From positions 1-32,569 of the forward strand of contig JASJQH010006957.1 of the NCBI GenBank assembly GCA_040143965.1: 32,569 bases of DNA, read 5' to 3'. Below are positions 26,564 through 32,569 of this stretch, piece after piece (position 1 is the stretch's first letter; every line of letters begins with the position of its first letter). Source of the stretch: Basidiobolus ranarum (Eukaryota). Both the position numbers and the translations under genes were made by a program. The notes below the pieces were generated by a model. That model ran no database searches. It was not told the origin of the DNA and was given only the letters and a program-made list of their open reading frames with translations.

Positions 26564-27564
26564 ATGAACACCAGACTTTTGGCTTCTCTCAGACCTTTGG
26601 CTCGTAGAGCAATTGGAACTCAACTAACACAAGGTACATTCAGACATGTCAATTCACTTTTATGCATAATCCATTCGTCACTTTTGATGATCCCCATTTT
26701 CAAGACTCTACGAATTAACTAAATTCAACCTCATTACCTTTTTAGGTGCACAAGTTACCCGTAGCGTTCTTCCTAGAGCTTCTGGTTTCCACTCTATCTC
26801 CTTCGTTCAAGAAGGTTTGATTTCCCAACTACACTTGACTCCAGCTATTCAACTAACCAACCCTCTTTCCCTTTCCCCTCAACCGAATTCAATCATATTC
26901 AGAAGAAAAGAAAGTTACTAATCCTGTCGATCCTAACTTCAAGTCCGATAATGCTGCCGTTCACGAATACGGAAAATATTTGATGAGCGTACTTCCCAAG
27001 TATATTCAACAATTTTCCGTATACAAAGATGAGCTTACCGTACACGTTGCACCTAGCGGTGTTTTACAAGTACTTGAGTTCCTTAGAGATCACGACTCTG
27101 CACAATTCAAGTCTCTTGCTGACCTTTGCGGTGCTGACTACCCAGGACGTAATAACCGTTTCGAAGTAGTTTACAACTTATTAAGCTTGCGTTATAATTC
27201 TCGTATCAGAGTGAAGACTTACTGCGATGAAGCTACACCAATTCCTTCGGCTGTCGGTCTTTTCAATGGCGCCAATTGGTTCGAAAGAGAGGCATGGGAT
27301 ATGTACGGTATTTACTTCACCGGTCATCCTGATCTCCGTCGTATCTTGACCGATTACGGTTTCGAAGGACATCCATTGAGAAAGGATTTCCCATTAACTG
27401 GATACGTTGAGGTTAGATATGATGAAGAGCGTAAGAGAGTTATTGCTGAGCCATTAGAGATGACTCAAGCACATCGTAACTTCGACTACAGCTCTGCTTG
27501 GGAACAAACCGGACCTGGACGTGATGATATGCCCAAGCAAATTGAAACCCCCAAGAAAGAATAA
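26564..27564 (+). CDS. NDUFS3: NADH:ubiquinone oxidoreductase 30 kDa subunit (3 exons)
   Basis: [10 protein letters not shown] and [13 protein letters not shown]...[27 protein letters not shown]. Exons 26564-26633, 26746-26814, 26903-27564, with a presequence. Confidence 0.96.
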
Positions 27565-27957
27565 AGGAGATTTTCTCATTTTCAAATAGTTGAGACATTC
27601 AAAGAATCTTAACCATACGCTACTTTCATTAGCCTCAGGATCCACCTAAAATCCCTTTTTTAATTCTTTGAAACAATTCATTTGCAACCACCTAACTGAC
27701 ATACGCCATCTTCAATGGATTCACTTTTCATACATGACGAGATATTTCCCTTTCGTAACACTTATCCCCCCACCTTTCAAATAAATCATTTCTGAACGTG
27801 TTTATTGATCTCGAAAGAATACTCAAAAATCCATTAATTCTATACTGTTTGTATTGTTCGTTGAAAGTATATGGAAGAACGGTTTCATCAAAAATAATTT
27901 ACTAAAGGTGGGTAGTAATTGCACATATTTGCTGCGTACAGAGAAAATATTCCATTT

Positions 27958-29348
27958 CTAAAGTACAGTGTAAGAATGTAAAACTCCTACGGGCGCAACT
28001 TCTTCACAAACATCGGTTGATATGTGCGTTACTTCACCAAGACCCTTGGTAGCTACAAGGTTTTTGAACCCATCTAATGGGCTGGTAAATCTTCTCCCTA
28101 ACCCAAGTCTTGATAGAGGGGTGTTCTGGATTTGGCTGGGTGTGGTTGTGCTACTAGTGGATTGAACCCGCTTAGGGGTCTTTTCGACCTCCCGACTGCG
28201 TTCAATCTCGAACAATGCATCTTCACAACGAATAGGTGATACTTCTTCCAATCGGGATTCACTCAGTAAGTGAATAGTGCTCTGTGCATCATCAAGTAGA
28301 AGCTTGTAATCGTCAATTAATGAGCTCATTTTGATTTCGAGATGTGACTGTCGCTCGTCAAGGGCGGTGATACTGGAGGAAAAGGTGTCTTGTACCTAGT
28401 TGAGAATAGCTAACTTAGGCAAACATATATTTGGAATGTCTTGGAAAAAGGTACTTACATTCACTATTTGATCTTGTACGAGCCTCAAACCATTAGCCAA
28501 CTCTTGAGTTTGGTGCTGTTGGAGCTCCATGACATGCTCCACTTCCTCTTGGAAATTAACGACATTCTCTTTTGTCAGTTCCAAATCCTGTTCCATATAA
28601 TCTGAATAGAGAGGATACATAGAGTGTGTTAGTGAATGGAGGTAGTATATAAAGTTCAAATAATCAGTACGAACCAATTCTTTTACTAATCATTATGGAC
28701 TTGGATTTAGCGTCGCCCATGTGATGTTTCATAGTACTTACTTCTCCAACAATATTATCCACTTCGGTACGAAATTGCAAGAAATCTTCTTTCAAAGATT
28801 TCAATTCTCTGTGCATATCTCGATTTGATTTGTTTAGTGATTTGACGGTATCTTCGCTCTCATAAAGCTTGTGAGATATTTCCTGCTTTTCGGATAATTT
28901 ATTCAACAATAATAATTTCTCTGCTTCCAACTCATGGGCGTCAGAGGGATTGGTCTGAGAGAAGTGACGAATCTTTTGTTCTAAATCTTCATTCTTTCGT
29001 GCTATCGAAAAGCCTAGTGTGGCTGCTAAGTGAAGCTCTTTCTCTTTTTCTATCACCATTTGTTTAAGTTGGTTTATGTCGTGTATATTGTTTACTTGTT
29101 CAACTAAACCTGAGAGCACATACTCTAAAATAAACGGTCAAAAAATGGGGTCCAATATAAAGGGATCAATGAGCTCATAAGCCTACCTGGTTCGAAATAT
29201 TCATAATCTCCTATGACAGTGTCAAAGTTGACATCTTTAGGATAGGAGGTTGGTAAAACACACTATTGAAACATATCTGGGTTAGACGAGGGAAGCACTT
29301 CGAGTTCAAGCAATAACAATATACCTGTGATATCGTTTTAGAGTTCAT
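27958..29348 (-). CDS. Coiled-coil protein with HAP1/TRAK-like CC1 box, multi-exon
   Basis: Predicted exons 29348-29325 and about 29263-29188 splice in frame onto ORF 29119-28664 (EKEKELHLAATLGFSIARKN). Downstream heptad-rich exons run to the stop at 27958. Start position inferred. Confidence 0.7.
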
Positions 29349-30119
29349 TATTTTGGCAGTTTTTGTTTAGTTGGTTCGAGAGGGGTAGGTGTGAATAAAG
29401 AGGGATGACGAGTGCAGAAAAGAATAAAAGGAAAAGGTAAATATCAAGCGAAGGGAACCACAACTTTTCCGTTTCAGGTATGTGTCTAACTAGTCAACGT
29501 AGCCTGGTTAAACTCTTCTCGAAGAAGCGTCTGATAGGAGAAGGGTAAGAGAGTGGTTCAACTGTTGAATTCGACCGCAGGACAATTAGATATTAAATAT
29601 TTGTGTAACTTTACAAGGGACTAACCAATTAAATAGCGTTCACCGAGTTTACTTGAAGTAAGATTAGCCTCAGTTTCTCAATAATGCAACCAACCAAAAT
29701 GGATTTCAAGTCACTACAAAACAATCCTCCTGTAACTTGCTTTAAGTAGTTATTGTGGGGTGTAAAGAGAAAGGTGTTGTACCAATTGTCTGAAATGACA
29801 ACACAGCGAGGATAACGTATGATTTAATCAGCTTACATTGCGGTATCGTGTAAATCTTGACTATAGTCTACACTTGAACTAGAACGGGGTAGGCATCAAC
29901 CCTTAGCACGCATTGGGGGTCAAAACAATGGCAACAATGATGATCAAATCCACTCGCGCCTCTAAAAGTCAATTTCGAAATTAAATTGTATGAGCCTATA
30001 ATGGACTTGAGATTTTCTTGATATGTATCGGAGTACTTACATTTTCGAACAAGAATGAAATCAGGATCATAACTAGAAATATCACGTGATTTCCCTCCAA
30101 CTTACTGTCCGATTTCTGA

Positions 30120-30200
30120 CATTATGGAATACCTCTGCATTATAGAATACTTTCGCATAATGGAATATTAATAGCATAATGGAATGGGGTTCATAATGCA
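30120..30200. repeat. Degenerate ~18-bp minisatellite, core CATWATGGAAT, about 5 units
   Basis: cattatggaatacctctg / cattatagaatactttcg / cataatggaatattaatag / cataatggaatggggtt / cataatgca. Confidence 0.75.
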
Positions 30201-31167
30201 AGATTACAATGCACCTGTTACTTATTGGCATTCACATACCTGGCAATTCTAATGCATACAATGTTAGCAAATGTAAGTCTCAGCCCTACAGCCCCTCACA
30301 CATTCTTTCTCACTTTCCATAGTTCAACCCTCTGTCAACAATGACTTTACAGTTACAACTACAATCGCAATCGCAACCCTGACCTTACCTTATCCTCAAG
30401 ACTCATTAATTTAAAATCTCTAGTACCTGGATTATGTGCGAAACAGCCGTTCCAGATATCCATTTGTTTGCCACTTCTTACGCAAGAGTAGGTATGATTG
30501 TGTCCTTAAGAGTTAGCATGTTTCTTTCGGAAAACCTTTGTATTTACTCTGGAGTACTATAAGGTATAAATTTTTCGGTAGCACAGTATCTTCTGCAGGG
30601 GAACGTCGATATGCCAAATTCCAAAAAGCAAGCAGGATACTGTCAAAATATTACCAACTCATGGCTAAGGTTGTGGCCAGAGTTGCGGGTGACAAACGGC
30701 ACAACGGTTTCTACACGTAGCTGCATGGCATTAGAAACAATATAAAAATGGCGCAGTCGAACAATATATATATATATTTCAAGAGTACATACTAATTTTC
30801 GACTTGCTCTACTCATCTTGCGCTATGAGTTTCTTGATGAAGTCTGGTTAAAATTTACCAGAGAAATGAATCATGATTATTGGTAAGATCCATTAAGTTT
30901 TGGAATTAGTGACGTTATAATTAAAGTTACACTATTCGGAACTGTAGCTGATGGTTGTCATTGTGTAATATGAATTTGATGAATCAGGTACTCGAATTGC
31001 CAAGCTACTCGTAATTCGGATTAGTATTCTTCCCCATGTAATTGAAATAGCTAATTCTCATTCTACAACAAGGGTGAGGAATATACATATAACACTTGAC
31101 ATATAGCACTATCATTAACCATAACACAAAATATAATATGTTATCTTCCAATTTCAGTCGAGTTTAT

Positions 31168-32140
31168 TCAGTATCCAAAGCTGTCGATGCCAATGGATAG
31201 ACTGGCGGCATCTTTAATGATAGCATGAGCCAACCTTCGATGAGCTGTAGTAGTTAAATGGAACAAATCCCAAAATACTTTCTTGTCAGGATTCTTACAT
31301 ATTTTCGGGATGACATTAAGCACATTCGAAGTCTGAATACAAGAATTCTTAGCGTTTACGTATCTACGACTAGACAACTCCTCCTCCAAAAACCCATTCA
31401 TATCAAATACTTTGGCCTTCAATTCGGTGTTGCTACGAAACAATGTTTTTAAAATTCGGTTATGCTTCTGACGACTGAGGCGGACCAGGTCTCTAGTGGT
31501 AGCATTCAAACTCATACTGAAGGGTAGATGATCAAGTGCAATGTTTGCATACATGAAGTGCTTGGCAGAGAATGGTAGCTCGAATAAGGCTTTTGAGGTT
31601 CTATAAATATTCTTGGCTACCAATTCGGGTGTGACAGTGGGTCCCCCATATATATAATCGTTTCCTGATTCTACAACTACATACAGTGTTGATCTAGTAT
31701 GTATCTCATTCGGGTTGCTCTCAATGAATTCTCTATGCGTCTCAATTTGATCAGCTATGCTAGGAACGGGAAGATCACCAGAAAAACCACTATATCCCTG
31801 AATCACCTTGTTGTTGACTTTGCCAATGGTTAGCTTGTTTAGTTACTAACTTAAAGATATTGCTGTACCTACCTGTCGCTCCACCGTAAGCATAGTTTAA
31901 TATCCTAGAATGGGTGAATTTTTGAATGTATTCTGGTCATATGGGTCCATTGGAAAAATGGCCATTGTAGTAATAGGAGGGAGGGTAGGTTTCGTTGCTG
32001 AGTCTATACGTATTACCGACATCGCTATAAGAATCCCCAAATATAACTAATGTATTAATACGACTTGGTCTGTATCCATGAGAGGCTGCATAAACCGCCG
32101 AGCTAGCTAAAGTAAGGCCAACGAGGTTGTAGAGACTCAT
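31168..32140 (-). pseudogene. Secreted GDSL/SGNH esterase with in-frame TGA (pseudogene or recoded)
   Basis: Signal peptide, FGDSYSDVGN, FSNGPI*PEY, NYAYGGAT, GNDY and FWDLFH. Intron 31872-31818. TGA at 31939-31937 replaces the usual Trp. Confidence 0.8.
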
Positions 32141-32458
32141 AATTATACAGATATGCAAGATACACTTAGATATTTATCACTTTGCTAAGATATCGTTCCC
32201 GTCCTTCTAATGCATTCTGGTTTGTGCATCTTCTTGCACTGATACTACTAGATCGTAAGGCTGAGTAAGATTGTTGTTTCAAAAACATTCATCGTTTTTA
32301 GAAATAGACGAGGGAGGAAATCATGAAGCGAATGGAGTCACTGCACAAGCCCTAACTGGCCAACAAATATATGTTTAGAGCTGTTCTCACAAACCCAAAC
32401 GATTGACTCAAGATCTGATCACGATTCTGATCATAGCAATGCCACCAACAAATAGTAG

Positions 32459-32501
32459 CCTAGTCCTAATCCTAGTCCTAATCCTAGTCCTAACCCTAGT
32501 C
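32459..32501. repeat. Hexamer tandem repeat (CCTAGT/CCTAAT/CCTAAC), about 7 units
   Basis: cctagt cctaat cctagt cctaat cctagt cctaac cctagt. Confidence 0.85.
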
Positions 32502-32569
32502 TTGCTATATTTAAAGTTGCCTCTATCATTTAACAAGGAGGTAGTAAGGAGTAATGACATACATGACAA

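Noticed and set aside
30120-30200. CRISPR-like repeat-spacer pattern
   Set aside because: Eukaryotic context, 11-bp core with 6-8 bp spacers, and no cas genes.
30261-30382. Small spliced ORF (GTAAGT...CATAG intron) giving MLANFNPLSTMTLQLQLQSQSQP
   Set aside because: Only 23 aa, low complexity, and no supporting homology.
31937-31939. Selenocysteine reading of the in-frame TGA
   Set aside because: The position aligns with a conserved Trp, not Cys, and no SECIS was recognised.

Overview
Gene-dense eukaryotic nuclear DNA with short GT-AG introns (about 55-110 nt). It looks like an early-diverging fungus, but the taxon cannot be fixed from this window. The left half (1-14.3 kb) holds an array of tRNA-Arg(TCG) genes: 6 intact near-identical copies and at least 2 decayed relics. 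Interleaved with them are four solo LTRs of two families, and an inverted duplication (8-872 / 13251-14271) that brackets four protein genes: a Roadblock/LC7 dynein light chain missed by the ORF track, SMC5, the condensin kleisin Brn1/Cnd2, and dynein light chain LC8. One 237-bp LTR with a perfect 5-bp TSD ends 23 bp upstream of a tRNA gene, which resembles Ty3-type targeting. The right half holds Cgr1, the CENP-A chaperone Scm3, mitoribosomal Rsm25, a Kelch-BTB protein, HIU hydrolase with a PTS2 exon, F-box recyclin Rcy1, mitoribosomal bL31m, complex I NDUFS3, a coiled-coil protein with a dynein-adaptor-like CC1 box, and a secreted GDSL esterase interrupted by an in-frame TGA at a conserved Trp. 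Exon boundaries and alignments were read by eye; no database searches were run.
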